A stretch of DNA of 64,000 bases, from the NCBI GenBank assembly GCA_965213685.1, contig CBDBZY010000018.1:448001-512000 (forward strand), written 5' to 3'. The notes beneath the pieces are model-generated. The model made no database searches. It saw only the letters and a list, made by a program, of their open reading frames with translations, and was not told where the DNA came from. Below are positions 1 through 14,450 of the stretch, in pieces. Position 1 is the first letter of the stretch; each line of letters opens with the position of its first letter. The DNA comes from a bacterium. GTDB taxonomy: Bacteria; UBA8248. The position numbers and the translations under genes are program-made.

Positions 1-771
1 TATGTACGTATATACTTTAGTGTTGCAAAACCCTCCGGAAGAATGATCTAATAATAATTTGAATGAAACTCCAGCAGAGTATTCTGCTTAGTGGTTATAC
101 AAATATGCATAATACTGATGTTCAACCTGTCAAGGTGGAATATGCCAAAACTCAATATTCATGTACATCATGTATGTGCCACACATGTACAGCCATGCAT
201 AGTCTGTCCTACAGTTAACTCCCACTCTCAGCATGCATGTACTTTTCCTAGAAAAATAGGAAAGATAGTTTTGTGTGAAGGGTCATACATAATTATGTTC
301 TCTAACCCTTTCAGAGACAGAGCTTTAAACAGATGCAACTAAAATTGCAAGGACCATTTGGGCATGTATTCATTCCAACATTTCAAGTGGGCAAAGAAAT
401 GAAAGCAAGCTTTTAGCCTCTTGATAGGTCATGAATGCAATGTTAATAGCTATGAGCTTTCAACCATGCATCATGAACAAAAAGTGCAGTTAATTACTCA
501 AGAACAACAGATGGGCAGATCACATTGTTGAGTACAATCTAACACCAATATGCTGATGATCAGCAACTCTTAATATAATGAGGTAGTACAACTAGTACAA
601 AATCATCAAGCAAATTAAAGATGACACAGTAACCTATGTCCTTCATTGTATTAGTGTCAAATACATAATCAATATTTGAACATTGTCTTTCATGAATGTA
701 ACTTTCACTACGAAAGTACGGTAGGATAGGTGTAAAGCTATACAGCATGAACTAATGTGTCATCTTTTATA

Positions 772-1105
772 TTAACCTAATATACAAAATTGCTGCCTAC
801 TATAGATCAGAAGTACAATAATCATCACTGAAAACGTGATCGTGATTAGAAAGATTATTTTAAGCATGAACCTCTGTGAGACTATATGGAATGGTGGTGT
901 TTCAGCACCTGTTTCTTGTCCTGCAAGTACAGTGTGACAGAAAGAGATGCATAGTACATCCATAATGACTGGTGGAGTGTACCATAGAGAACGTAGGATT
1001 AAATGAACTTACTTTGGTGTCTTAACATTCCAGCAAATCTCCTCTTCCTCAGCACATTCACATTTTGGCCATCTTGCATTTCTGCTGCTTCTTCTGCATG
1101 TCCAC
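772..1105 (-). CDS. Last exons (1105-1013 and 920-772): basic linker plus C-terminal transmembrane helix
   Basis: Phase-1 chain from the Death exon: GGHAEEAAEMQDGQNVNVLRKRRFAGMLRHQ | RQETGAETPPFHIVSQRFMLKIIFLITITFSVMIIVLLIYSRQQFCILG*. There is a ~20-aa hydrophobic run. A further short exon near 706-644 cannot be excluded. Confidence 0.65.
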
Positions 1106-1419
1106 CTTCAATATTGGAAATACAATATAAATGATTTGCAGTAAGTCAGCTCACACACAATGCAAACATTTACAGACACATACATAGTATAATTATTATA
1201 CATATTTATAGTATATATAGTATATATATAGATGCATATTTATATGCATATAGTATGTGTGGCATATGCACATGTCTATACAAATATTGGCTTTAGCCTA
1301 ATGTCTACATATACTGTGTGACTCGAACTCTATGAGCTTCAGAGCACTGCATACTATATACAACTGTATACGTCCCATGCATGCCTCTGAAAACCACAAA
1401 GGCATTCATAACTTCTTAC

Positions 1420-2213
<794 letters not shown>

Positions 2214-2429
2214 TGAAGCAATCCCATATGTTCAGCTCACTTGTTAATTCTATGGTATTTGGCCAGCAGCACACAACCAAGCATGCAGATCTACCTAGAG
2301 CTATGGATATCACTGCTCATATAACTATATAACACCATTTAATGAAGGCTATTGTGTACACCTAGGAAAGACTTTTCCCCTAAACAGTGTAACTACACAG
2401 ACGTGTCAATGCAAAAGTGCATTCCTTAC

Positions 2430-3482
2430 CTGGTAGTTGCACAGTTCTTCTCAACCTATCAGCTGTGGCAGGCCCATAGCCTGGAGTGTCACTCAGAGCA
2501 TCTGCCAGGCTTTCCCATGATGCACTGAGGTCACTATTTATCCAGTGGGTGATCATATTTGTCAGTTTCCTCACGGAGTCTGATGCGTGATCTGCCCTGT
2601 ATATCACATACATGAATGCCTTAGTTGATTAATGTGTCAATTCACATGCAGAAATAGTATTTACCTATAAAAAGAGAATCATAAGGCTGTGTTAGTAATG
2701 GTGCGTTGATAATATCACTGCGCCTAACGGCCTGTTGTTGGGGATTATGTTGCAATACAGCTCTGCCTAATGCACAGATTCGGAGTCTAAATTTGTTCTT
2801 AGCAGTTGCAATCCAGTGCAGTAATGCAGTAGCCTTGAAAACCACATGTGCGCAATGCACTATCTTGATTACTAATTATGAAGTGGGCGTGCACACCTCT
2901 GTTCACAGCACATGCGCCTGCATGGGCACCTGTGCGCAATTAATTGGCAACTGGCTTTGAAGCAAGTCAGAAATGGTTAACCGGCTTCGAAACGGGTGAA
3001 AGTTTGCGAATCGGGTCACAACATATATACATATCTGTGTCATCTTGACACTTTGCATCAAACGCCAGCCAGCGACTTTACATTGTATAAAGCACTTTTA
3101 GTGGGCATGCACTTATACGAGTGCTAGACAATTAAAAAGAGAATGGTTTGATAGACACATGGTTGCTAAAAAGAACCCTCACTGTTGCTAGGGAATGACA
3201 TCAAAATCATAAATCATGGCTGACAACAATGTATATTTGGTAAAATGCACTTGCCGTCGGGTGCTTCGTGCCCTCAAATCAAGTGCTTTATCTCATATAT
3301 GCACCTATCAGCTGTGTTTATATGTATATACATTCAGTCCATGTCTTACATGATAGTGGTTATCTTATGTGATGGCACGTTTAGTTGTAAGCCTAATTTG
3401 TCCCAGTGAGCTGCAGCAAACTGAACTTCATCCAAAGCATTGATTATGTTCCTCTCAATGAAGTCCTTTATTTTCTCCTTAG
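2430..3482 (-). CDS. Death domain split over two exons (3482-3350 and 2596-2430)
   Basis: Spliced through a phase-2 intron (at|gtaag ... tacag|g): ALDEVQFAAAHWDKLGLQLNVPSHKITTIM-ADHASDSVRKLTNMITHWINSDLSASWESLADAL...ATADRL. This fits the Death-fold signature W..LG..L / ML..W....SW..LA.AL. Confidence 0.85.
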
Positions 3483-3916
3483 CTACAAGTAGGGAACAAT
3501 ATATACAGTAAGACACTCCTCCCATCACTACCTCCAACTGTTACAATTGCATCAGCAACTTAATACACAACCAATGTAAAGCCTTGTGTGGGTGTTGACA
3601 TAGTATTACAAATCAATCAATACTACCATTTTGGGGGGTTATATTTTACCCTACAAGCTGGTCTCATCTGTCCAGAAGCATAGTAAGAACAGGAATGTGT
3701 TGACAAAAAGAGTAATGAGGATCGACACATGATGAGACACATAGAAGACAAGTATGGAAGGTATATCCAAACTTGCAAAACTATTATAGGGAATGGAAAA
3801 GCTACCCTCTGTTATCAGAGGTCATGCTCTATACCTCTGTAGCATGCATGACAAGTATCAGATTGATGTTGTTATAAATTAAACACAACCATAAAACTAC
3901 TGTGAGTATGTGACAC

Positions 3917-4170
<254 letters not shown>

Positions 4171-4183
4171 TATATGCACATGC

Positions 4184-4309
4184 CTCCATGCTCCTGTTCA
4201 TTATTCATGCTTTGTTTGACAAAGGGCCCAGAGGTATGGGCTCCATCGAAGTGTGCCAATAACATCACGTCTTGTGCTCCACTTGAGTCACTAGCAGGGT
4301 CACTGCCAC
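4184..4309 (-). CDS. Probable linker exon (GGSDPASDSSGAQD...NNEQEHG)
   Basis: Acceptor tatccag| is phase 1; the likely donor is G|gcatgt (phase 1). The frame is open and links the UPA-like exons to the Death-domain exon. Confidence 0.55.
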
Positions 4310-4371
4310 CTGGATAGTTCAACTGGATCATGAACTATGCACGTAACATGTACACTACAAATTCCACATAC

Positions 4372-4988
4372 CATGCTTCAAGGTTTGAATGACTTTAGGC
4401 ACAGAAGGGGAGATTAGTTTTAGCATCAATTGCAGTTTCTGATTAATTCCTTTCACCTCCAGAAAGCAGTAAGGCTCTCCAGCACATGGCTTAGTAAGTG
4501 ACACATGCAGTTTTATTAGAGGAGGGTACGTTGTTGAGGATTTATAATCTGGATTCAGCAGGGGTAGGTCCACTTCCCTCTGTGAAATCTAGTGAAAAAT
4601 TGATCGTATCAAACAATCATCAGAGATAGACAATAATCACAAACTTACAGCTGTGGGCAGTCTGTCGGGAACAATCTCTTTATCAGGTGTCTTTTCTGGA
4701 ATAACTAGAACCACTTCTGATTGAAGTATTCTTCGTGGCTGTACAACACTACATTCAAACTTCATACCAGGAAACATTTCCGCCAGCAATTTTTTTAGAC
4801 TCTGTAAAAAGATTAAGATAGTCTTCATAACATGCATACTTCAGTGCCCCATTATGTACTCTTTTGAAAGTCTAATGAATATACCTCGGCATAAACAGGT
4901 TGACACAGCGATACTGAAAACACAGCCACATGCAAATGAGATGCTACATTGCTTTGGTACAACTGGATGGAGTAATCCTTGACAGGAT
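4372..4988 (-). CDS. Three exons (4988-4885, 4801-4649, 4588-4372) encoding a probable UPA-like beta domain after ZU5
   Basis: Open exons with AG/GT borders and compatible phases (1/0, 0/0, 0/1): DPVKDYSIQLYQ..VAVFSVSLCQPVYAE | SLKKLLAEMFPG...DRLPTA | ISQREVDLP...TYPPLIKLHVSL. The UPA call is positional (between ZU5 and Death domain) and therefore an inference. Confidence 0.75.
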
Positions 4989-5069
4989 CTGTAGGAGATA
5001 TTACAGAGGATTGCAATGCAATAATATTTTCATGCAGCAGTGCAGTAATCAATTTTCATGCGTACTTGC

Positions 5070-5591
5070 CATTCTTAGCTTTGGACTGGGTCTCTGCAAC
5101 ACTGGTGGCACTTGTCTGCTTGGCAGCTCCCGTAAGGCAGAAGTGCTTCAAATATATTACACCATGATGTTCCTTCTTCTCAAAGATCCCACCACTCAAT
5201 ACTTTAAAGACATACTTGGCTTGTGGGTCATATTTTGGCTTGGAAGATGATGTGATGAATGTCATGGAATCACAGTCACTACTGCTGTCCAAACCAGCAA
5301 AGTGAGCTATGGACAGTCTCACATCTTTTATGAACTCAAACGCTGGTGTGATCAGATAAACAGGACTGGCCAGCTGGTGCTCTCTGGGTAGATGGAAAGG
5401 TCCACTTAGACATGGCCACACCCTCAATTTCATGGTCGTCCCTTCAGGCACAGCTCCAGGAGGAACGTGCATCTCAAACCCAATCTCCTGCCATGATATG
5501 GTCCCCCCATCTGAGGTCACAGTCTCCTGCCAGGGGTCACCCAGGAAGCATATTCCAGGGTGTGATGAGTCAAACTTGTGGTGGGACAAAA
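5070..5591 (-). CDS. Exon encoding a ZU5 domain ending in an HFC motif
   Basis: VTSDGGTISWQEIGFEMHVPPGAVPEG...GPFHLPREHQLASPVYLI...VRLSIAHF...IYLKHFC is a ZU5 pattern. Acceptor ttttgcag| is phase 1, in frame with the Roc-COR exon; the donor is G|gcaagt. Confidence 0.85.
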
Positions 5592-5692
5592 CTGCAAAAA
5601 AGGCAACACATGTAAGTATTGCAAGCGTACAGTAAATTGGAACACAGCACTCAAAGCAATAATGAAAGTACACTATAGAAGCATATACCAAC

Positions 5693-7774
5693 CTGTCTCC
5701 AGGTCTGCCTGGACTGGCAGCCATAGCTTCTGCTTGTGGGTGAGTGTGCCTGTGACACTTGCATCTTCTGAGCACACCCATGACCTGTGGTCAGGGGACA
5801 CCACTGCCAGGTGAGGGGATGGCTTGTCACAGAGACACTCAAAGCCCATTTTGTGTGATACACTTAACGAGAGTTCACTACACACATCACTTATTCCTTG
5901 GCTTATGTCATCCCAGATCAGTGGTAGGAGCTCGGGAGAGCAGTTGCCATCCACATACAGAGAGTAGTGAGTGTTGTCCTCGATCAGAGTTATCCCGCCA
6001 TCATGCTCGGCCAACGTGAAATGGAGCTCATTCTTGTAAAGGCGGGTTGGTTCTTCTGAGTGGTGAAGGGGAATCTGCCACTGGAATATGCCACGAGAGG
6101 ACGTCATGTACACTATCAGGCAGCACAGGACACCACTAGGAACATGCCTACTGGAAAATTTGATCCTTAGAGTAGCGGCAGCACCACCACTGGGCCTCAC
6201 GATCTCACTGGAATCACGGCTGTCCAACAAGGAGGGCATGAAATACTTGGTGTCGCTTTCCTCTTGGACAGGGGCAATGATTAACAAGTGCTCCAGCACC
6301 CTTAAAAGTGTATCCACTACCACCTTTTCACCTTCACTGGTGATCTCTGATTGCAGGGATTGGAGGAAGCTGGTTGTGATCAGGGCCTGGTTTCGGAGTC
6401 TTATCATCTCTTCTGATTGAACGTCACCTTCTGGAGCATCCATAACTTCAATGCTTCTTTCAAACACAGTGGTCATCCAGTCAAGTAGGGCCATGGGGTC
6501 AACAAAGATCACCTCCTTCACCACTGTGGGGAAGTAGAACATTAGGTTGACAGCATGAAAGAACTGCAGGGCTACTTCCATGGCTTCTTCCGATTCGAAC
6601 ATCAGCTGTTGAGCGATGACCCAGCACTTTGCTCTGCTCACAATTCTGCCTGCTCTCCGCAGTTCCACCTCCAGCAGGTAGTAGCCCAGGGGATACTTGA
6701 GTCGTATGCTCTGTCCACAGCTTTCAATCATATGCAGCAGCTCTTCTGCCATTGGGTCTCGTGGGACTCCTGGACCAGACCCAGCATTGTTAACAGCGTG
6801 GATGATCTCATTGTGGGAATACTTAATGAGACATTTCTTGAATCTTTCCAGCATTGTTGCCAGCTTCCGATTCTTGTCTTCAAATGATTCACCTGATGCA
6901 AGCAATTTATCCTTGAACGTGCCAATCACCATGCTCTTTGGGTGCTCTGGCTGCTTCTCAATAAAGGACATTGGTAGCTGTGAGTGCTGACACTGTGTCA
7001 TTTGCATGCATCGCATTATTAGCTCTGCATTTGTCAGAGTGAAGTGGCCAAGACTGTAGTTGGCGCCATTTGGTGCAAAATAGTCCACAGCTGGACGGTC
7101 ATCTAGCTTATCAGAAAGCTTGAACAATTGTAGTCGAAGAAATGCATTCTTCATCAGAATAGGGATCATCTCCATGAATTGTGGTTGGCCACCGCAGTCC
7201 ACAAACAGGAGGAAGTGGGTCTTCAGTACCTCTCTGGACCCTTTCAACTTGGTCATCTTTCGGGCGATCTCAGCTGTGCGTGGGAGAATATCTGCCCTTG
7301 AAGCTGCAGAGGGTGTGGCCCTAATTTCAGATGTGGCAGATACTGCAGTAACTTGTGTACTGCTGACAGCCTCCCCTTCTTCCTTTGGCAGCTGCTGAGG
7401 CTTGGCTTGTGCTTCTTCACTGCTGGACCCAGCCTGGCCTATTTGCTGGCTGCTGACTTGTACTACTGAAGTGCTTGGCTCTTCTTCTGTGATGGAGACA
7501 CCGGCTGAAAGATTCTCGGCTATCATGTCCACCATATCTGAAGGACTTATTTGCCGACACTTAAGGTGCTGTCCATCCACCTTTTCCATGATGAACCTCT
7601 TGGCCTGTTCCATGCAGGCTGTGCTGGTACGAGCAGGTGGTAGGGTCTCGTTGCATAGGAAATGCCCCAGAGACGTCTTCCCCACACCAGGAGCACCGCT
7701 AACAGCGCATATGGTGTAGTCTGCCAAAACATGACCCTTCTGTAGTTGTCGCAGTAACTCCTGAGTGAATATGT
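5693..7774 (-). CDS. Large exon encoding a Roc (ROCO-family) GTPase plus COR domain; part of a multi-exon gene
   Basis: 684-aa ORF with G1 GAPGVGKT, G2 RTST, G3 DCGGQ, G4 IGTFKD and G5-like HAVNN, followed by a COR-like region (YPLGYYLLEVEL...ALQFFHAVNLMFYFP...IFVDP...YFMPSLL...VPSGVLCCLI). Acceptor aacag| before 7774 (phase 1, xDIFTQELLRQLQKGHV); donor acag|gttggt after 5693 (phase 1). Confidence 0.9.
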
Positions 7775-8487
7775 CTGTTCATGTAAAAGGAAGTAGCAAT
7801 ACTAACGGTAAGGGCAGGCAAAATCCAGTATAATTGCTAAGTGTAGTAAGCAGATGCGGCACTGCCTGCACTTTATATATATTCACACTATAATTTTTGG
7901 GGGGTTATTCCGATGTCATAGTATTGTGTTTACAGTGCAGTAGTGTGATTGTCCGCCGTTACTGCATAGCGCTTCGAACGGCACGGTCGTAAAAACAGCG
8001 TTCGTACCCGCACTCTCCGCGGTCTTCCGCAGATTGGGCGTGGCCTGCTTTGGCCTCTGCCTTCGCAGCTGCGTCTTTGGAAATAGCAGAACGCTTATAT
8101 ATGAGAGCTTTACGTCCCTTGGCGTGTTGAAGGAAGTAGCGCAGGCATCAACGCAGCATATAGCGCATGCGGAACGAGGTTGAACGTAACATTTTGCTCA
8201 TGGGCGGTTATTGACTTTTTACTCACACCCTGAGGGTCAAGGTTCACAAGACCACCTTGAAGCTGGCAACAGGTGTCAAACAACGTGAAGAAGGACGATC
8301 GCGCGTTTCATGAGCGGCCAGAATGATTACTGACGCCGAACTCAGAACGACTGACAGTACGGACAATGGACTGCCTTTACCCGAAACCCTCACAGAGCAA
8401 AATTGTAAGTATAGTATCTATGGATTGCGTGGGAACTTCACCGCTAAACTCCAAGTTGTGACCAAGCCTTCGTGTGGCTCTCTCATG

Positions 8488-8706
8488 CATTGGCGTATGA
8501 GAGGCATGAATATTGGGGAGGCTGACAGAGCGCAAAGCCTTTAAACACTTTGGGGAGGAGCTTATTATTATATGTCAACAAGAATCAGGCCTATTAAAAA
8601 TATTGGGAGGACTCTGCCCCCTCCAGAAAAATATTGGGGGGGCTCTGCCCCCTCCAGAAAAATATTGGGGGGGCTCCAGCCCCCCCCCCCCCTTCCTACG
8701 CCTATG
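8488..8706. mobile_element. MITE with CAT.GGCGTA...TACGCCTATG termini
   Basis: Short terminal inverted repeats and internal ccagaaaaatattggggg repeats; absent at the paralogous site near 13745. Confidence 0.6.
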
Positions 8707-8833
8707 CTATGTGTGTGTGGCAGTTGAAGAGTTACTATGCTATGTGTGTGTGGCAGTTGAAGAGTTACTGTAAGCCATCAGTGTGTGTTGGAATGTTGTG
8801 ATACATGTCGATCCCTAGCGGGATTCTGACGCC

Positions 8834-8997
8834 ACATACAGAGTGATATTGAGAATTGTGAGGGCTGGCTGTCGCACTGTGGCCATAGCTCAGGTGGTAG
8901 AGCACTGACAGCTAAAGTCAGATGTCCCCGGTTCAATCCCGGGTGGCTGCCAGTTTTTCACGGTTCTCTAAAATATTCCCAAGCCTTTCCTCATGTA
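8834..8997 (+). mobile_element. tRNA-derived SINE, family A
   Basis: Box A TAGCTCAGGTGGTAGAGC and box B GGTTCAATCCC; further copies at 9131-9296 (+) and 39357-39481 (-). Confidence 0.8.
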
Positions 8998-9130
8998 TAA
9001 CGTAGTTTGTGTGTTGTGTTCAGTGACTCCCTAGAGGGAGACCCAGCTTCACATGCTCTGCTATGAATACATGTATTTCACTCAGTGTGGCTCCTCCCCT
9101 GATGGAGAGGAGTTACCGGTTGATCCCTAG

Positions 9131-9296
9131 CACATACAGACTGATATTGAGAATTGTGAGGGCTGGCTGTCACCCAGTGGCCATAGCTCAGGTGGTAGAG
9201 CACTGACAGCTAAAGTTAGAGGCCCCGGTTCTATCCAGGGTGGCTGCTGGTTTTTCACGGTTCTCTAAAAATATTCCCAAGCCTTTCCTCATGTAA
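9131..9296 (+). mobile_element. tRNA-derived SINE, family A, second copy
   Basis: Near-identical to 8834-8997, including flank gatccctagc..catacaga, which suggests local duplication. Confidence 0.8.
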
Positions 9297-9324
9297 CTGC
9301 TTTGCTGTGCAATTTTCAAGCTGC

Positions 9325-9361
<37 letters not shown>

Positions 9362-9656
9362 CAACAAGATAATTTCATCTGCATTTCTCTCTCTCTAACG
9401 AGAAAAGCTGAGTGGATGAACTGGCTTAACACACAATCCTCACAGAATTGGTTTTCGACTGAAACAAGATAAAGGTACAGATGACCACACCCACTGGGTG
9501 GAGTCAATATGGAGGGCCACCTGCAGTGATAGAACCTCCGTTCAGGTGAGTGAGTGGTAGAGCATCCCCCCACTTTCCTCTTTACCTGTCCCCCTCCCTC
9601 CCTCCATCCCTCCCTCTCCTCCGTCCCTTTCTCCCTCCCTCCCTCTCTGACTCAGG

Positions 9657-9726
9657 CTTTGAAGTCTCTCCCCTACCCCTACTCCACCACTTGGAGTGGC
9701 TCTACCTGGGAGGAAACAAGATCCAG
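9657..9726 (+). pseudogene. Orphan leucine-rich-repeat exon (LHHLEWLYLGGNKIQ)
   Basis: Polypyrimidine tract with ctcag| and ccag|gtag borders; LxxLxLxxNxI consensus; degenerate duplicate at 14190-14251. Confidence 0.6.
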
Positions 9727-11861
9727 GTAGCCACCCACCTTCCTTCCCACCCTCTCCCTCCCTCCCTCCCTCCCTCTCCCTTCCTTTTTTTTCTACCCTT
9801 TCCTCTCACTCTCTCCTTCCCTCCCTCCCTCTCTCCTCTCTCCATCCATTCCTCCTTCCCTCCCTCCCTCTCTCCTCTTTCCCTCCCTCCCTCTCTCCTC
9901 TCTCCCTCTCTCCTCTCTCCCTCCCTCCCTCCCTCCCTTTCTCTACCCTCCCTCCCTCCCTCTCCACCTTGGCACCTTCACCCACACAAACTCTCTAACA
10001 CATATATACTTGCATGACAATTCCTAAACCACAAGCCACTGCTGTCTTCCTAATAAGGCACACCATAGAGCCACCAGTTGTGTGTGTGCATGTGCTGAGG
10101 AGCTTCAGTGTGTGTGTGTGCATGTGTGTGCATGGAGGGGAAACAGAGGAGGGGTAGGGGGTCTCTGTCCTTGCACTCATTTCTAGACAGGCTGCATGCA
10201 TATATGCCATCCGCAACTGGAGAGCACTGGTCTGGGAACCAGACTCACCATTTGAAGATTGTTTACAAACTAGAGCAAGAAGATTAAGTTGGTGAACGAG
10301 CCTCACTCATTATCATGATGAGTACTGCTCTACTGTGTGCAAGTGAGCTCTAAATGGTGAGTCTGGTTCCCAGACCACTGCTCTCTACTCGTGGACCAAG
10401 TTCTCCTCATAGTGCATGCATGTGCACCATGTCTGGAAACAAGTGCAAAGTCTGAGAATGAGGCTGCAGAGGGTGATCAGAGTGGGTATTTCGTGATGGC
10501 AAGTCTTCCAGTGTTCTCCGCAGAGTCACTCTCTCAATATGTGTGTACATGTATGCTTAATTAGCTAGCCAAGTATTCCAGTTGAGTCCAGTGTTTCTAC
10601 ACTTCCGTTCTGTCTGCCTGTCTGTCTGTCTCTGTCTCCCCATCCATCTGTTTGTCTGTTCTGCTGTCCCTATTGGAACTCTCTCTGCCTTTCATATTTC
10701 TTTGCCTTCTCACCACAGAACAAGTATAGATGTGCCACTTCATTTTGATGGTGGGTCAGTGGAATCTCCCGACTACAAGTGTGGCTACAAGTACACTGCA
10801 GGCAAGTATAGCAGCCTTTCATGCAGCCACAGAGAGCAAGCAGTGGCTATCCTCTCAGAGTGAGTGGTTCTGGTGAGATATATACATGTTCACTGCACAC
10901 CTCAATCACTGATACTTGTCCACTGCAGTGGCTGTTCTCATGGGTGGGAAGAGAGAGTGAGGAAGGAATTACTGAAGCTCAGACAAGAAACATTGCTGAC
11001 ATCATGACTGCTTTTAAATTCATTGTGAATGTATACTGTTATGTACATGTACATGCAATTTCTCCTGCTTCCTCTGCCATTTCCTGCGCGCGCAACATAC
11101 CCACGTATGCGGTTCACAGTGGCGTATGAGTATATACTGATATACCATAGATAATGCACTCGTGTGAATAGCACATTTCTTGTGGTACGTGCGTGTGTTG
11201 ATGCGTAGCTCCACTGACAAAGCGGTTATGGAACAATGGCTGTTTCCAAAGTGATCCAAATCAACGTGTGAAGACGTGAACTTCCAAGATGTTAGAGAGA
11301 CTTACAATGATGTACGCGTACCGCGTACTGCCGCGAGTGAGCTGCATAAGACGATCTTCCAGCTTGCTGCCCTCACAGCTGCGCCTTTGGAAATAGCACA
11401 ACGCTTATTGGGGCGAGCCTTAAGGTGACGGGGTATGTAACGGATAATTAAATATTCATAAACTTTGTGTAGCGCTACTGACCAGAAGAATTACGTTACA
11501 GAGCTTTGTAAGGCAACATTCGAAAGGTCAAGGAATGCACTTTTATACACACACCTTTACAAGACCTGTTCACAACACAGGAATGTAGAATTGAAGCATG
11601 AAAAGCGAGTAGTGAGAAGTGTTTTCCACGTCAATTCTAGCCACAGTCACACTGTGGTAGCTGCGCAAACCAACACATACCGTTTGCTGTTGATCCCCAC
11701 CAGGGCTAGAATCACCTCGTTCGCTTTATATGCAAGCGGTGGCTATGTGAGGGTCTCGTTTCCCCCGCGCGCGCTGATGTTCTTCGCGATCTTTACAGTT
11801 CAGCAGCGTGTAGTTGCTAAACCGTAGTTGTATTGAAATTTTTACATTCCTGCCCTAGCCC

Positions 11862-11930
11862 TAGTCTCGCGAGCCACCGTGTACGCATGCACGCGTGCGT
11901 ACACGGCAGTACGTCTGGCTCGCGATACTA
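11862..11930. mobile_element. 69-bp Academ-like MITE with 9-bp target-site duplication
   Basis: TIRs TAGTCTCGCGAGCCA / TGGCTCGCGATACTA flanked by CCCTAGCCC at 11853-11861 and 11931-11939. Confidence 0.75.
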
Positions 11931-11949
11931 CCCTAGCCCTGTGTCCTAG

Positions 11950-13007
<1,058 letters not shown>

Positions 13008-13278
13008 AGGAATACGAGCAATATACGGTCCAAATTTGCCTGAAGCGAACAAAAATTGACTTGGAAAAGTTGCGTTGCCCGTAAATCGCCACCTTATAGC
13101 TTAACGAACCCCACCCGGTCTGCGCTGTATATATCGTACTTTTGTCACCTTCTGAAGGCGCATGCGTACGATTTAAATTCAAAGGCGGCACGTGGTAAAT
13201 GACATTGAAGTTCATCACATTGAAGTTCAAAGGTCGACATGTGTGCGAACAACTGACTCCTGGCGGCAGCGTCGCACC

Positions 13279-13610
13279 ATGAACCCGGAGCAGAGAAGAG
13301 AAGCAAGGCTGAGCCGTAGAAGAGAAGGCGAGAGAGAACGTCGCGCCCTCCGAAACTGCTGAGGAAAGGGAAACGCGGTTATGTAAGCGATGAGCGAGAG
13401 ATAGAGCTCGACGTGCCTCGCAGATCGCTATTCAGCGGAAGAGGGACTTACAACAGAGAAGAGAGCAGGTGCTACGTTAGACTGTAGAGGAAAGAGAGAT
13501 CCGCCTTCAGCGAATGCGCCTTAATGAGATTGGCTTCTGAGACACAGGAGGAGAGGGAGACCTGCCTTCAACGAATGCTGGCATCTGAGACTCCTAAGGA
13601 CAGACGCTGA
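13279..13610 (+). mobile_element. Degenerate Helitron RepHel N-terminal R/E-rich repeat coding relic
   Basis: Reads MNPEQRREARLSRRRE...ETAEERETRL..R*ARDRARRAS...ETQEERETCLQRM across stops and frameshifts; a similar relic lies at ~21270-21470. Confidence 0.6.
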
Positions 13611-14050
13611 ACTCAGAACGACTGAGTACGGACAATGATAGCTATGGGACTACATGTACCGCTGCATAGGAAACCCTCACAGAGCAAGATTGCGTGGGAA
13701 CTCACCGCTAGACTCCAACTTGTGACCAAGCCTTCGTTTGGCTCTATGTGTGTGTGGCAGTTGAAGAGTTACTGTAAGCCATCAGTGTCACTGTGTGTGT
13801 TTGAGTGTTGTAGATACTGTAGGCCATCACTGTGTTTCATACACGTACATGTACATGTATACATGTACGTTGAGTGCAGGCCACTCAGGAGGGGCAACTA
13901 GTGCTATGAGTGATTGAGGGTGTACCAGAGAAACCTTGTTCTGTTTGAGAGTGATGTTGCATGAAGGTCTGGGTAGTGGGAGCTTTGGTTTCAGCATACA
14001 GCTTGGAAGTTTGTACATTTTAACTGCTTCACTGTACAATTTTCAAGCTA

Positions 14051-14094
<44 letters not shown>

Positions 14095-14450
14095 CCTCTC
14101 TCACCAACAAGATAACCTGTCCTCCTCCCTCCCTCCATCCCTCCCTCTCCCCCTCCCTCCTTCCATCCCTCCCTCCCTCTCTGGCTCAGGCTTCGAAGTC
14201 TCTTTCCCCTACCACTTGGAGTGGCTCTACCTGGGAGGAAACAAGATCCAGGTAGCCACCCACCTTCCTTCCCACCCTCTACCTCCCTCTCTCCCTCTCC
14301 CTTCTCCCTCCCTCCCTCCCTCCCTCCCTCCCTCCCTCCCTCTGTCTCTCCCTCTCTCTCTCCCTCTCTCCCTCTCTCCTCTCTTCCTCCCTCCTTCACA
14401 CTCTCCCTCCCTGCCTTCACCCACGCAAGCTCTCCAACACATGCACACAT

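Noticed and set aside
5759-7719. Plus-strand ORFs overlapping the Roc-COR exon
   Set aside because: Antisense shadows of the real coding frame.
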